Below, piece by piece: positions 30,450-45,444 of a stretch of DNA of 64,000 nt (positions within the stretch are counted from its first letter, which is position 1; each line of letters opens with the position of its first letter). This DNA is from an uncultured delta proteobacterium (GTDB lineage Bacteria; Desulfobacterota; Desulfobacteria; Desulfobacterales; UBA2156). The position numbers and the translations under genes were made by a program. The stretch covers positions 32,001-96,000 of the forward strand of contig CAVTQK010000006.1 of NCBI GenBank assembly GCA_963736855.1, read 5' to 3'. The notes under the pieces are model-generated. The model saw only the letters and a list, made by a program, of their open reading frames with translations. It was not told the origin of the DNA and made no database searches.

Positions 30450-33400
30450 TTATTCCGCTACTATTTCCAATCGGATGCCCTCTTCGCTATATCTGGAAAA
30501 ACCGCTTCCGGCCGGGATCAGTCTTCCCATGATGACATTTTCTTTGAGCCCACGAAGGCGATCCACGGAACCGGTGATGCTCGCATCCGTTAAGACTTTT
30601 GTGGTCTCCTGAAAAGATGCGGCTGAAATAAAGCTGTCTGTGCTCAAAGAAGCCTTGGTCACCCCCAGGATGAGAGGTTCGGCAACAGCCGGTTTCCCCC
30701 CATTGGCCGTCATCACCTTGTTGACCCTTTCAAATTGCATCCGATCCACATTTTCCTCGGGTATAAAATCGGTATCGCCCACATCGATAACCTTCACGCG
30801 CTTCATCATCTGCCGGACAATCACCTCGATATGCTTGTCGTTGATACGGACGCCCTGTAGCCGATACACTTCCTGGACCTCGTCAACCAGGTACCGGGCC
30901 AACGCCACCTCTCCCTTGATGTTCAGAATGTCCTGGGGCACTGAGGATCCACTGATAAGGGCTTCTCCGGCGCGCACATAGTCCCCTTCATAGACGTTGA
31001 TGTGCTTGCCCCGAGGAATCAGATATTCTTTTTTATCACCTGCATCCAACGGCGTAACGGTGATCTTCTGTTTTCCTTTCTTGGTGTCCTTTGAAACCGA
31101 AACATACCCATCGATTTGGCTGAGGATCGCTGTGTCCTTGGGCTTTCTCACCTCGAAGAGTTCCGCCACACGGGGCAAACCACCGGTGATATCTTTGGTC
31201 TTGGTGGTGGCTCTGGGGAGCTTGGCGATGACATCTCCGGCCTTGACCGTGTCTCCCTCTTCTACGAGTAAAATGGCATTGTTGGGAAGAAAATATCGAG
31301 CCATGCCCGAAGATTTTAGAAGCTTTGCGGTTTTACCGGCTTCGTCCTTGATGGAGATCCGAGGCCGAACCTCGGCACTCTTGGATTCGATGATCGTTCG
31401 GCTCGACTTTCCTGTCACCGGATCCACTTTCTCCTGCAGGGTCTTCCCGGGCTCGATGTCTCCAAACTTGACGGTACCGTCCACCTCCGTGATAATAGGC
31501 GTCGTAAAGGGATCCCATGTGGCCAGAAGATCCCCCACCCGAACGACCTTGCCGTCTTCAACCAGAAGAAGCGCCCCATAAATGACGGGATACCGCTCCC
31601 GTTCTCTGCCGGTTTCGCTGATAATAGCAAACTCGCCTCCGCGTCGGTTCATGACGACGTTTTTATTCTCAGCATTCTTGACGATATTGAGATCGATATA
31701 CTTGATATTCCCTTCCACCCGAGCCTTAATATCGGCCTGTTCTACCCGTCGGCTTGCCGTACCGCCGATATGAAAAGTCCGCATGGTCAGCTGGGTTCCG
31801 GGTTCACCAATGGATTGCGCTGCCAGTATCCCCACCGCCTGACCGATTTCGATAAGATTGCCATGGCTTAGATCCCGGCCATAACACCTGGCGCACACTC
31901 CGAACTCGGCCCTGCAGGTGAGCACTGAACGGATCTTGACCTTTGTCAGCCCGGCGCTTTCTACCCGGTTGATGGCCTTTTCATCCAGCATCTCCCCGGT
32001 CTTCACAAGGACTTCTTCGGTAAAGGGATCCCGAATGTCTCCCAGAGCAACTCTTCCCAGAATCCGTTCCCCGATTCTCTGGATGACCTCACCACCTTCC
32101 ATGAGGGGCTCCACCTCCACTCCCATCATGGTGCCACAATCCTCTTCCGAGACGCAACAGTCCTGAGATACATCGGCAAGACGGCGGGTAAGATATCCGG
32201 AGTTGGCCGTCTTCAAAGCGGTATCCGCAAGGCCTTTGCGGGCACCATGAGTGGAAATAAAGTACTGCAAGACCGAAAGCCCTTCTCGAAAATTGGCCGT
32301 TATGGGAGTCTCGATGATTTCACCCGATGGTTTGGCCATCAGACCCCGCATGCCGGCCAGCTGGCGCATCTGATCTTTGCTCCCTCTTGCGCCCGAATCG
32401 GCCATCATATAAATGGGGTTGAAGCTTTCTTCCGCGACGGGTTGTCCCTTTTCATCCAGTACCGGATTCCCTTTAGAGTCCAAAACAGGAGCTGTCTTCA
32501 TGACCTCCATCATTTCATTGGCCACGTCTTCCGTCGCCTTGGCCCAGATGTCAATGACCTTGTTATACTTTTCTCCCTGTGTGATAAGCCCTTCCGTGTA
32601 TTGTTTTTCAATATCGACCACTTGTTTCTCAGCTTTCTTAAGAATCTCCCATTTTCCTGGAGGTGTGATCATATCATCAATGGAGATGGATAATCCTCCC
32701 CGGGTGGAATACTGGTAGCCGATGTCCTTGAGTCGATCCGAGAGGATCACCGTAGCCTTGGGACCTAAATTGCGGTAGGCGTAGTCCACCACCTCCCGAA
32801 GGGCCTTTTTGTCCATCACCTTGTTAATAGCCTCGAAGGGCATCTCCGGTCGCTTGTCGAGGACCCTGAAAATATGAAACCGCGTACCAGCCGACAAGAT
32901 CGGACTGATCTGTCCGGTCTCCATGGCAAAGATTTTATCGGAATCGGACTCCGATATGGAAAAAATGCGTTCGAACTCATCCCGGACCAATAGCCCGCAC
33001 AATCCGTTCGGCTCTCGATCCAGTGCCGAGGAAAAAGCTTGGACGGCATCCACAAAATCCATGCCCCCCTCGATGGCTTCCAAGGCGCTCTTTGCTTGGG
33101 CTTTATCCCTCGTCTCGATGTGGCATAGCTCCATGATGCTGCTTTGAGGAACTACCTCCCATAGAAGAATCCGACCGGTGGTGGTCTCCACCCTCTTGCC
33201 GTCCATGCGCACCTTGATCTTGTCATGCAGGCCAATGATCCCGCCGTCGTATGCGCTTCGAACTTCATCCGCACTCGAAAACAACATATCCTCTCCCGTA
33301 ATTTTCGGAACCGCCCGTGTCATATAATAAATTCCAAGTACAATGTCCTGGGTAGGTACAATGATAGGCGAACCGTTAGCCGGAGAGAGGATATTGTTTG

Positions 33401-34859
33401 TCGAAAGCATCAAGGCCCGGGCCTCAATCTGTGCTTCCACCGAAAGAGGGATATGAACGGCCATTTGGTCACCGTCGAAATCGGCATTAAACGCCGTGCA
33501 TACCAAGGGATGAAGTTGGATGGCCTTTCCTTCAATGAGGATGGGTTCAAAAGCTTGGATCCCCAACCGGTGCAATGTGGGTGCCCGGTTCAGCATGACC
33601 GGATATTCCCGGACCACCTCATCTAGGGTGTCCCAAACTTCAGGGATTCCCTTTTCCACCATTTTTTTTGCACTTTTTACAGTGGAAACTAAATTTTTTT
33701 GTTCCAGCCGGTAGTACACGAATGGCTTGAAGAGCTCCAGGGCCATCTTCTTGGGAAGTCCACATTGGTGCAGCCTCAGGTCCGGCCCGATGGTGATGAC
33801 CGTTCTTCCCGAATAATCAACACGCTTTCCCAAAAGGTTTTGTCGAAAACGCCCCTGTTTTCCTTTGAGAGTGTCGCTTAAAGACTTCAGGGGGCGTTTA
33901 TTGGTCCCGGTAATGACTCGCCCGTGGCGTCCGTTGTCGAAGAGGACGTCCACCGACTCCTGGAGCATCCGCTTTTCATTCCTGACGATGATGTCGGGGG
34001 CCTTGAGATCGATGAGCCGTTTCAGTCGATTGTTCCGGTTGATCACGCGACGGTAAAGGTCATTGAGATCCGATGTGGCAAATCGGCCGCCCTCAAGAGG
34101 CACCAGTGGGCGCAGGTCCGGCGGTAGAACCGGAATCACATCCATGATCATCCATACCGGGTTCACGCCGCTTCGCCGAAAGGCGTCTACAATCTTTAAC
34201 CGCTTGGCAAGCTTTTGTCGCTTGGCCGAAGAATTAGTAGCGAGAATTTCAGCCCGAATCTCCTTGTATAGCGATTCCATGTCCAGACTCTTCAAAAGCG
34301 CCTTGACCGCCTCGGCGCCTATACCGGCTTCAAATTTGTCTCCATATGTCTCCAGGGCCTCTCGATATTTCTCTTCGGACAAGAGCTGTCCCCTGGATAA
34401 TGGTGTTGCCTTGGGATCGATGACGATATGATTATCAAAGTAAAAAACCTTTTCGATGCTCTTCAAAGTCATATCCAACAGGTTCCCGATTTTGCTTGGG
34501 AGGCTTTTCAAAAACCAGATATGCGCCACAGGTGTGGCCAGTTCGATATGCCCCATCCTTTCCCTTCGAACTTTTGACTGAATGACTTCGACACCGCATT
34601 TTTCACAGATCACACCCCGGTGTTTCATCCGCTTGTATTTGCCGCAGTTGCATTCATAGTCTTTTGTGGGGCCGAAAATTTTGGCGCAAAACAGACCGTC
34701 GCGTTCGGGTTTGAAAGTCCGGTAATTGATCGTCTCCGGCTTCTTGATCTCGCCGTGGGACCATTTCAGAATGTCGCCTGGAGAGGCCAATGAAAGGCGC
34801 ACGCCGACATACTGCTTCGGATCTTTGGGCTTGGCGAAAAAATCATAAAGTGTTTCCAT
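30450..34859 (-). CDS. rpoC: RNA polymerase beta-prime subunit, carrying a ~99-aa parvulin-like insertion
   Basis: [11 protein letters not shown] active site, Zn-finger CNCGK...CEKC, trigger loop TFHIGG with SI3 insertion. Confidence 0.99.
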   Translation of the reverse strand: METLYDFFAKPKDPKQYVGVRLSLASPGDILKWSHGEIKKPETINYRTFKPERDGLFCAKIFGPTKDYECNCGKYKRMKHRGVICEKCGVEVIQSKVRRERMGHIELATPVAHIWFLKSLPSKIGNLLDMTLKSIEKVFYFDNHIVIDPKATPLSRGQLLSEEKYREALETYGDKFEAGIGAEAVKALLKSLDMESLYKEIRAEILATNSSAKRQKLAKRLKIVDAFRRSGVNPVWMIMDVIPVLPPDLRPLVPLEGGRFATSDLNDLYRRVINRNNRLKRLIDLKAPDIIVRNEKRMLQESVDVLFDNGRHGRVITGTNKRPLKSLSDTLKGKQGRFRQNLLGKRVDYSGRTVITIGPDLRLHQCGLPKKMALELFKPFVYYRLEQKNLVSTVKSAKKMVEKGIPEVWDTLDEVVREYPVMLNRAPTLHRLGIQAFEPILIEGKAIQLHPLVCTAFNADFDGDQMAVHIPLSVEAQIEARALMLSTNNILSPANGSPIIVPTQDIVLGIYYMTRAVPKITGEDMLFSSADEVRSAYDGGIIGLHDKIKVRMDGKRVETTTGRILLWEVVPQSSIMELCHIETRDKAQAKSALEAIEGGMDFVDAVQAFSSALDREPNGLCGLLVRDEFERIFSISESDSDKIFAMETGQISPILSAGTRFHIFRVLDKRPEMPFEAINKVMDKKALREVVDYAYRNLGPKATVILSDRLKDIGYQYSTRGGLSISIDDMITPPGKWEILKKAEKQVVDIEKQYTEGLITQGEKYNKVIDIWAKATEDVANEMMEVMKTAPVLDSKGNPVLDEKGQPVAEESFNPIYMMADSGARGSKDQMRQLAGMRGLMAKPSGEIIETPITANFREGLSVLQYFISTHGARKGLADTALKTANSGYLTRRLADVSQDCCVSEEDCGTMMGVEVEPLMEGGEVIQRIGERILGRVALGDIRDPFTEEVLVKTGEMLDEKAINRVESAGLTKVKIRSVLTCRAEFGVCARCYGRDLSHGNLIEIGQAVGILAAQSIGEPGTQLTMRTFHIGGTASRRVEQADIKARVEGNIKYIDLNIVKNAENKNVVMNRRGGEFAIISETGRERERYPVIYGALLLVEDGKVVRVGDLLATWDPFTTPIITEVDGTVKFGDIEPGKTLQEKVDPVTGKSSRTIIESKSAEVRPRISIKDEAGKTAKLLKSSGMARYFLPNNAILLVEEGDTVKAGDVIAKLPRATTKTKDITGGLPRVAELFEVRKPKDTAILSQIDGYVSVSKDTKKGKQKITVTPLDAGDKKEYLIPRGKHINVYEGDYVRAGEALISGSSVPQDILNIKGEVALARYLVDEVQEVYRLQGVRINDKHIEVIVRQMMKRVKVIDVGDTDFIPEENVDRMQFERVNKVMTANGGKPAVAEPLILGVTKASLSTDSFISAASFQETTKVLTDASITGSVDRLRGLKENVIMGRLIPAGSGFSRYSEEGIRLEIVAE

Positions 34860-34866
34860 GTTAGGT

Positions 34867-38979
<4,113 letters not shown>

Positions 38980-39046
38980 GGTAGCTCCATTTTGAAACCA
39001 TCAAGGAGTGGAAATCTTAAAATGCACCGGGTGCCTTCAAGGTGCA

Positions 39047-39430
39047 TCATTTGATTTCAACCTGGGCGCCGACCGCCTCCATCTGGGCCTTGATCTTCTC
39101 GGCTTCGTCCTTGGAAATCCCCTCTTTGACCGGTTTTGGGGCTTCGTCCACCAATGCCTTGGCTTCCTTGAGTCCCAGCGCGGTAATCGCCCGGACTTCT
39201 TTGATGACCTGAATTTTCTTATCCCCCGCACTGGTCAGGATCACATCGAACTCGGTCTTCTCTTCCGCTGCGGGGGCAGCGGCCTGGGACGGTGCCGCGG
39301 CCATCATCGCCAAAGGCGCAGCGGCGGAAACGCCGAATTTTTCCTCGAGTTCTTTTACAAATTGAGAGAGTTCAAGCACGGACATGTTCGCAATGAATTC
39401 AATAACATTTTCTTTGGTGATATCAGCCAT
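39047..39430 (-). CDS. rplL: 50S ribosomal protein L7/L12
   Basis: [28 protein letters not shown]. Confidence 0.98.
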   Translation of the reverse strand: MADITKENVIEFIANMSVLELSQFVKELEEKFGVSAAAPLAMMAAAPSQAAAPAAEEKTEFDVILTSAGDKKIQVIKEVRAITALGLKEAKALVDEAPKPVKEGISKDEAEKIKAQMEAVGAQVEIK

Positions 39431-39480
39431 GGTATTTTCCTCCGCAATGATTCGTCGTTATGATTTAATGGATGGGACGG

Positions 39481-40002
39481 CTAGGCCGCCTCTTTTTGGG
39501 CCCGGATGGCATTGAGCACATTGATCAATCTCACCGGGACGTCGTTGAGTGCCCTAACCAGATTCGTTGGTACGCCGTTTAGAACGCCAAGGAGTTGGGC
39601 CAATAGGACCTCTTTTGCCGGGAGCGAAGCCAGCGCCTTGATATCGGAAATACTGATCACTTTTCCTTCCAATATCCCGCCCTTGATCTTCAGCTTGCCG
39701 TTTTGTCCTGAAAAGGCAGTCAGTATCTTTGCCGGCAATACCGGATCGTCATAGGCCAACGCCACGGCATTCGGCCCTTTGAAATGATCTTTGATCAACG
39801 CGATTCGGGTATCCTCCGCGGCGCGGATAAACAAGGTGTTTTTAGCCACGCAATACTCGATCCCTGCCTCTTTGAGTTTTTTCCGCAACTCATTGATGGC
39901 CGGAACATCAAGACCTTTATAGTCCGTGACGACAACCACCTTGGACTTCACGAATCGGTCTTTGAGCGCTTCAACGATCTGTTTTTTCTGTTCCAGTTTC
40001 AC
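39481..40002 (-). CDS. rplJ: 50S ribosomal protein L10
   Basis: DYKGL, KNTL, LASLP; GTG start with GGAGG. Confidence 0.97.
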   Translation of the reverse strand: MKLEQKKQIVEALKDRFVKSKVVVVTDYKGLDVPAINELRKKLKEAGIEYCVAKNTLFIRAAEDTRIALIKDHFKGPNAVALAYDDPVLPAKILTAFSGQNGKLKIKGGILEGKVISISDIKALASLPAKEVLLAQLLGVLNGVPTNLVRALNDVPVRLINVLNAIRAQKEAA

Positions 40003-40131
40003 GAATGAAAAATACCTCCTTTCCCATCCCGACAAAGCCGAAGGCATTCCCTCATTGCGCGGAATTGCTCGGGCTTTTGACTATCCATTGCTTTCTGTCT
40101 TTGCCGCAGTCTCATAATAGAGCCCCTTGTT

Positions 40132-40192
40132 CTGTCTGGGTAGGCTGCCGGAACAATTAAACACAACATCGTGTGCCTACGGTCTCTGACAG
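40132..40192 (-). promoter_or_regulatory. L10 leader (rplJL autoregulatory RNA element), core
   Basis: Minus strand CTGTC-AGAGACC-GTAGG...TTAA...CCTAC-CCA-GACAG: paired stems and conserved motifs in the rplA-rplJ spacer. Confidence 0.75.
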
Positions 40193-40283
40193 GGATGATT
40201 TAGGATGGGCGATACTTCAAGAGGATCTCCTCCAGGCCGTTCAGGCCCATGGAATCGATTCCTGTCGGATTCGCCTCATCGCC

Positions 40284-40991
40284 TCATTGTTTGACAAAAT
40301 CTTTTACAGATGCCGTATCGATCTTGATTCCCGGACCCATAGTGGTCGAAACAGCGATGCTCCGCAAGTAGATCCCCTTGCTGGACGACGGTTTCAGACG
40401 AACGATGGTTTCCATGAAAGCGCTGATATTTTCGACGATCTTTTGAGTGCCGAACGAAACCTTTCCTACGGGCGCGTGAACAATGCCTGCCTTTTCCACT
40501 CTAAAATCGATTTTTCCCGCTTTCAGTTCCTTCACCGCTCTGGCCAAGTCAAAAGTGACCGTACCGGTTTTCGCATTGGGCATAAGCCCTCTGGGTCCCA
40601 GAAGTTTCCCGATCTTTCCTACGGCGCCCATCATGTCGGGTGTTGCGACCGCCTTGTCGAAATCGAACCAGCCCCCGACGATCTTCTCGATGAGGCCCTC
40701 ATTGCCTACAAAATCGGCACCGGCATCGAGCGCTTCCTTTTCCTTTTCGCCCTTGGCAAAAACCAGGACCTTAACTTCCTTGCCCAGCCCGTTGGGCAAG
40801 ACAACCGTCCCTCGCACCATTTGGTCCGCATGCCTGGGATCGACACCCAGTCGGACGGCGATGTCCACCGTCTCATCGAATTTGGCATGGGAGGCGTCGA
40901 TGGCCAACTGAACCGCACCGATGAAGTTGAGTTTTGCATTCGGATCGATTCTCTTGGCAGCCTCTGTGTATTTTTTCCCCCTTCTTGGCAT
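40284..40991 (-). CDS. rplA: 50S ribosomal protein L1
   Basis: [22 protein letters not shown]. Confidence 0.98.
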   Translation of the reverse strand: MPRRGKKYTEAAKRIDPNAKLNFIGAVQLAIDASHAKFDETVDIAVRLGVDPRHADQMVRGTVVLPNGLGKEVKVLVFAKGEKEKEALDAGADFVGNEGLIEKIVGGWFDFDKAVATPDMMGAVGKIGKLLGPRGLMPNAKTGTVTFDLARAVKELKAGKIDFRVEKAGIVHAPVGKVSFGTQKIVENISAFMETIVRLKPSSSKGIYLRSIAVSTTMGPGIKIDTASVKDFVKQ

Positions 40992-41012
40992 TTTCTTCAA
41001 CGAGCTCCTTTT

Positions 41013-41435
41013 CTAAACCACCTCTATCCCCATGCTCCTTGCCGTTCCTTCAATAATCCGGCAAGCCGCATCCAGGTCATTCGCATTCAAGTCGACCATT
41101 TTCTCTCTGGCGATCTCTTCCACCTGCTGCCGCGTCACCTTCCCGACCCGATCCTTCTTGGGATCGCTGGAACCCTTTGCAATTTTTGCAGCTTTTTTCA
41201 GGAGTACGGACGCCGGAGGTGTTTTGGTCACAAAGGTGAAAGACCGGTCCTGGAAAACCGTGATAACGGCAGGAATGATCATCCCTTCATCCTTTGCGGT
41301 CCGTGCGTTGAACGCCTTGCAGAAATCCATGATATTCACACCGTGCTGACCCAGTGCCGGCCCAATGGGGGGCGACGGGTTGGCCTTTCCGGCTTCCACT
41401 TGCAATTTGATTTGGGCGATTACTTTTTTAGCCAT
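41013..41435 (-). CDS. rplK: 50S ribosomal protein L11
   Basis: [19 protein letters not shown]. Confidence 0.98.
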   Translation of the reverse strand: MAKKVIAQIKLQVEAGKANPSPPIGPALGQHGVNIMDFCKAFNARTAKDEGMIIPAVITVFQDRSFTFVTKTPPASVLLKKAAKIAKGSSDPKKDRVGKVTRQQVEEIAREKMVDLNANDLDAACRIIEGTARSMGIEVV

Positions 41436-41496
41436 TGTATTTCCTACTCCCCGTTTCCTTTTCTTACCCGCGTTCCCGTCAAGGGACGCTCTCCGC

Positions 41497-42027
41497 TTAT
41501 AGCTTGGCTACTTGAACGAACTCCAGTTCAACAGGGGTAGATCGTCCGAAGATGCTCACAAGGACGCGGATTTTTCCTTTTTCCTGATTGACTTCTTCCA
41601 CCACACCGTTGAAATTGTTGAACGGCCCGTCAATGACCCGAATCTCATCACCGGACTCGAACAGAAACTTGGGCTTTGGTTTAAGCTTTCCGGATTCCAT
41701 ACGGTTCAAAATGGCTTCGGCTTCTTTATCTGAAATCGGCGTGGGTTTTTCTCTTCCGCCTAAAAATCCGGTTACTTTTGCAGTGTTGTTCACGAGGTGC
41801 CACGTCTCGTCGTTAAGTTCCATTCGGATCAGAATATACCCCGGATAGAATTTTCGAGTAGAGGTCTTCCGTTTACCTTTGACGAGTTCTACGATCTGTT
41901 CGGTGGGGACGATGATTTCCGCAAACTTATCGGCTTGCGGTGATGTGGCGATCCGCTCTTGAAGCGACATTTTCACTTTGTTTTCAAACCCCGAATAAAC
42001 ATGGACGATATACCAGTTAAACGCCAT
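41497..42027 (-). CDS. nusG: transcription termination/antitermination factor NusG
   Basis: [25 protein letters not shown]. Confidence 0.98.
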   Translation of the reverse strand: MAFNWYIVHVYSGFENKVKMSLQERIATSPQADKFAEIIVPTEQIVELVKGKRKTSTRKFYPGYILIRMELNDETWHLVNNTAKVTGFLGGREKPTPISDKEAEAILNRMESGKLKPKPKFLFESGDEIRVIDGPFNNFNGVVEEVNQEKGKIRVLVSIFGRSTPVELEFVQVAKL

Positions 42028-42040
42028 TTGAAACGACTCC

Positions 42041-42436
42041 CTACCTGATGACCATGCGGATGAGGCTGGACAGGCTTACGTCCACCAACCCCAGAAAAAG
42101 GGAAATAATAATTACCAAAACAATCACCACCCCCGTGGATCCCAGGGCCTGTTTTCTGGAAGGCCAGCTTACTTTTTTGAGTTCAATTTTTACTTCCCTT
42201 AAAAATTGAAGGCTCTTGGTTATGAAATTGTCTTTTCCGAGTCCCCCTTTGAGCGGGGTTACTGCCGTCTGAACAAGGCCTGCGGGTTTGTTTCCTCCAT
42301 TTTGGGTTTTTGCCACCGATAGGAAATGTTTTTTAACCCCTTCTCGAGGCTTCTCCGAAAATGGCTGCACCGGTTCAGGTTCGGCGTTCTTCTTTTTCGG
42401 TTTTGCAGTCGGTTTTTTCCTGATTAAACGCCCCAT
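42041..42436 (-). CDS. secE: preprotein translocase SecE with long basic N-terminal extension
   Basis: FLREVKIELKKVSWP followed by one TM; position before nusG. Confidence 0.93.
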   Translation of the reverse strand: MGRLIRKKPTAKPKKKNAEPEPVQPFSEKPREGVKKHFLSVAKTQNGGNKPAGLVQTAVTPLKGGLGKDNFITKSLQFLREVKIELKKVSWPSRKQALGSTGVVIVLVIIISLFLGLVDVSLSSLIRMVIR

Positions 42437-42451
42437 ATCGCCCCTAAAATC

Positions 42452-42616
42452 GATCGTTTCGTAAAAAATCCATCTGTTCCGCTTTTGCGGGATCGTGCTG
42501 CATCCTTGGTCTTTGCGGCATATAAATAAAGTATGCCTATTTCCTCAGGCATTCCGCTTCTATCATATGAAGCTTTTCTCTTGGCTACCCGTTTTATTGA
42601 TTTTTATGAGTTCATT
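42452..42616. mobile_element. degenerate MITE-like element (copy 2)
   Basis: Colinear similarity to 42985-43137; ends GATCGTTTCGTAAAAAATC ... GATTTTTATGAGTTCATT; flanked by AAAATC/AAAATT. Confidence 0.7.
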
Positions 42617-42697
42617 AAAATTAAATAGCTCAAGGAAATTCCGCCAACGGACACCGTATGAAACGGATCCCTAAGCTATTGAGTCTTCACATCCTTT

Positions 42698-42773
42698 TGG
42701 CAGGCCAGGAGGGATTCGAACCCCCAACACCCGGATTTGGAGTCCGATGCTCTACCGTTAGAGCTACTGGCCT
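42698..42773 (-). tRNA. tRNA-Trp (CCA)
   Basis: AGGCCAG...CTCCAAA...GGTTCGAATCC...CTGGCCTGCCA cloverleaf. Confidence 0.97.
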
Positions 42774-42816
42774 GCATCTTACTGGCACCACACCCAAAAG
42801 TGAAAAACCCACCGAT

Positions 42817-42966
42817 TCATTTGGTCTCTTTGTGCAGGGTGTGTTTTCCGCAGAAGCGGCAATACTTGGAAAGCTCAAGCTTGTCCGGCGTCGTCCGCTT
42901 ATTTTTCATAGTCGTGTAATTTCTTCGCTTACACTCGCCGCATGCAAGGGTAATGATCACTCTCAC
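42817..42966 (-). CDS. rpmG: 50S ribosomal protein L33 (Zn-binding, 49 aa)
   Basis: GTG start; [17 protein letters not shown]...[16 protein letters not shown]. Confidence 0.97.
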   Translation of the reverse strand: MRVIITLACGECKRRNYTTMKNKRTTPDKLELSKYCRFCGKHTLHKETK

Positions 42967-42984
42967 TGTTTGCCCCTTAACCTT

Positions 42985-43137
42985 GATGGCTTCGTAAAAA
43001 GTCCATATGCTGCGTTGCGCTGCATCCTTCGTCATTACGGCGTACCCATATGTACGCCTCATTCCTCAGGATTTGCGCGCCTTGCATCTGAAGCTTTTTG
43101 CTTTGCCATCCTAATTTTGAGTTTTTACGATTTCATC
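42985..43137. mobile_element. 153-bp MITE-like element (copy 1) with 6-bp target-site duplication
   Basis: Imperfect TIRs GATGGCTTCGTAAAAAGTC / GAGTTTTTACGATTTCATC; AACCTT direct repeats at 42979-42984 and 43138-43143. Confidence 0.8.
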
Positions 43138-43142
43138 AACCT

Positions 43143-44336
43143 TTATTCCAAAATTTCGCTGACGACGCCGGCGCCCACGGTGCGGCCCCCTTCCCGAATC
43201 GCAAACCGAAGCTCCTTCTCCATCGCAATCGGCGTAATCAACTCCGCCACAATCGCCACGTTGTCCCCAGGCATCACCATCTCCACACCCTCAGGCAATA
43301 CCAACGACCCCGTTACATCCGTCGTCCGAAAATAAAACTGCGGCCGATACCCCGAAAAAAACGGCGTGTGCCGACCCCCTTCCTCCTTGCTCAATACGTA
43401 AACCTCCGCCTTAAACTTCCTGTGCGGCGTGATCGACCCGGGTACCGCTATCACCTGCCCCCGCTCCACTTCCTCACGCTTCGTCCCCCGCAACAACAAC
43501 CCCACATTGTCCCCGGCTCGACCCTCATCCAATAACTTCCGAAACATCTCTACACCCGTACATACCGTCTTCACCGTCGGACGAATCCCTACAATCTCTA
43601 CCTCATCCCCTACCTTGACCACCCCACGATCCACACGACCCGTCACCACCGTCCCACGACCCGATATGCTGAAAACATCCTCTATCGGCATCAAAAACGG
43701 CTTGTCTATGTCCCGCTGCGGCTCCGGTATGTAACTGTCTATCGCATCCATTAACTCAAATATACACTTGGCATCCGCACTGCCCGGATCATCACTCTCC
43801 AACGCCTTCAATGCACTCCCACGAATAATCGGCGTCTCATCCCCAGGAAATTCATACTTGTCCAATAACTCCCTTAAGCTCCAACTCCACTAACTCAATC
43901 AACTCCGGATCATCCACCATGTCACACTTGTTCAAAAATACCACAATCCGCGGTACCCCTACCTGACGCGCTAATAAAATATGCTCCCGAGTCTGCGGCA
44001 TCGGCCCATCATCCGCACCTACCACCAGTATCGCCCCGTCCATCTGCGCCGCACCCGTAATCATGTTCTTAATGTAATCCGCATGCCCAGGACAATCTAC
44101 ATGCGCATAATGCCGCTTCGCTGTCTCATACTCCACATGCGCCGTCGCAATCGTGATCCCCCGCGCCTTCTCCTCCGGCGCCTTGTCAATCTGATCAAAC
44201 GGCACATACTCCGCCAAACCCTTCTTCGCTAACTGCTTCGTAATCGCCGCCGTTAACGTCGTCTTCCCATGATCAATATGCCCAATCGTCCCTACATTCA
44301 CATGCGGCTTCGTCCGCTCAAACTTTCCTTCGCCAT
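43143..44336 (-). pseudogene. tuf: second elongation factor Tu copy with two single-base indels (possibly sequencing errors)
   Basis: Near-identical to 28147-29340 and the same 1194-nt span; one base missing near 44326 and one extra base at ~43878. Confidence 0.9.
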
Positions 44337-44442
44337 CTCACACTCCTCCCTATAATAATAAAAATAATCTATTTTAGGCTTGGCTTGCCCCGATAATGTT
44401 TTAAGGCATTATGTTAGGCCTGAATCCGTTAGGCAATATGCC

Positions 44443-44519
44443 TGGAGCCCACGACCGGGATCGAACCGGTGAACCTCTTCCTTACCAAGGAAGCGCTCTA
44501 CCGACTGAGCTACGTGGGC
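44443..44519 (-). tRNA. tRNA-Thr (GGT)
   Basis: GCCCACG...TTGGTAA...GGTTCGATCCC...CGTGGGCTCCA. Confidence 0.97.
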
Positions 44520-44542
44520 ATCTCCAATATCTAAAATTTTAA

Positions 44543-44618
<76 letters not shown>

Positions 44619-44762
44619 TTATTTAGGCCGCGTTTTTATGACCTCTTCTGTTTTCGGGCCACCCTCAAAAAGCGTCGAAAGGCGTATTTGCAGGAAGCCA
44701 TGTAGTTCTAAATTCGATCCCCCGCAAACGCGGAATCTCCTACATAGGACTCACGTTGAGAT

Positions 44763-44847
44763 TGGTGGTGGGGGGAGGATTCGAACCTCCGAAGGCTTCG
44801 CCGACAGATTTACAGTCTGTTCCCTTTGGCCACTCGGGAACCCCACC
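44763..44847 (-). tRNA. tRNA-Tyr (GTA)
   Basis: GGTGGGG...CTGTAAA, long variable arm, ...CCCCACCACCA. Confidence 0.97.
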
Positions 44848-44864
44848 AATATTGAATCATTTCT

Positions 44865-44940
44865 TGGAGCCAGCGAAGGGACTCGAACCCCCGACCCACT
44901 GATTACAAATCAGTAGCTCTACCAACTGAGCTACGCTGGC
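44865..44940 (-). tRNA. tRNA-Thr (TGT)
   Basis: GCCAGCG...TTTGTAA...GGTTCGAGTCC...CGCTGGCTCCA. Confidence 0.97.
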
Positions 44941-45444
44941 TCAATCAACCGGTCGAATGCCTGCGCCGGGGCACTATTCGGTCCCCAAGGCGATTGATTG
45001 TCGTAAACTTCTATTTCTAAAATATTTATGACTAAAAAAGCAATATCCAAAAAATTTAGAAAAATCCACCCTTTTGCCATTCATACTTAAAAATGAAGGG
45101 CATTTTTTTGAATATCGCTTGTTTTCTCTTATTTTCTCTTATATTTTCCTTTATTCTGTTTTTCGTGGCGGAAGAACTCGAAATATTCGTCTCCAATCAG
45201 GCACCTTTGGAAAACTTGATGCGGATCATAGTTGGATCATTTCAAAATTGCAACCTTTTTTTTCCTTTTGAGGTACAAGGGGCAAAGCATCTTCGCCCTT
45301 GACAAGCGAACATGGGCTTGTGTATGTGCGTGATGTTGTTTGCCGTTTGCGTACCGTATCCGATTGCCTGAGCATCAGTTTTTCGGCCCGGCCGCGACCG
45401 ATATTTTTTATGATTGCCAACCGTTTATAATTTGAGGACCAACC

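Noticed and set aside
32850..33146. RpoC insert as an intein
   Set aside because: No C-terminal His-Asn followed by Cys/Ser/Thr and no splicing blocks; the pattern fits parvulin instead.
41436..41496. L1-binding leader upstream of rplK
   Set aside because: A hairpin is possible, but the consensus L1 site could not be matched convincingly by eye.
40173..41540. 455-aa plus-strand ORF
   Set aside because: Antisense shadow of rplA/rplK; no recognisable motifs.
42967..43062. N-terminal extension of L33 in the ORF track
   Set aside because: Derived from the inserted MITE-like element; canonical GTG start at 42966.
45074..45420. Short ORFs between the tRNA cluster and the transglycosylase
   Set aside because: AT-rich divergent promoter region; the ORFs overlap each other and have no motifs.
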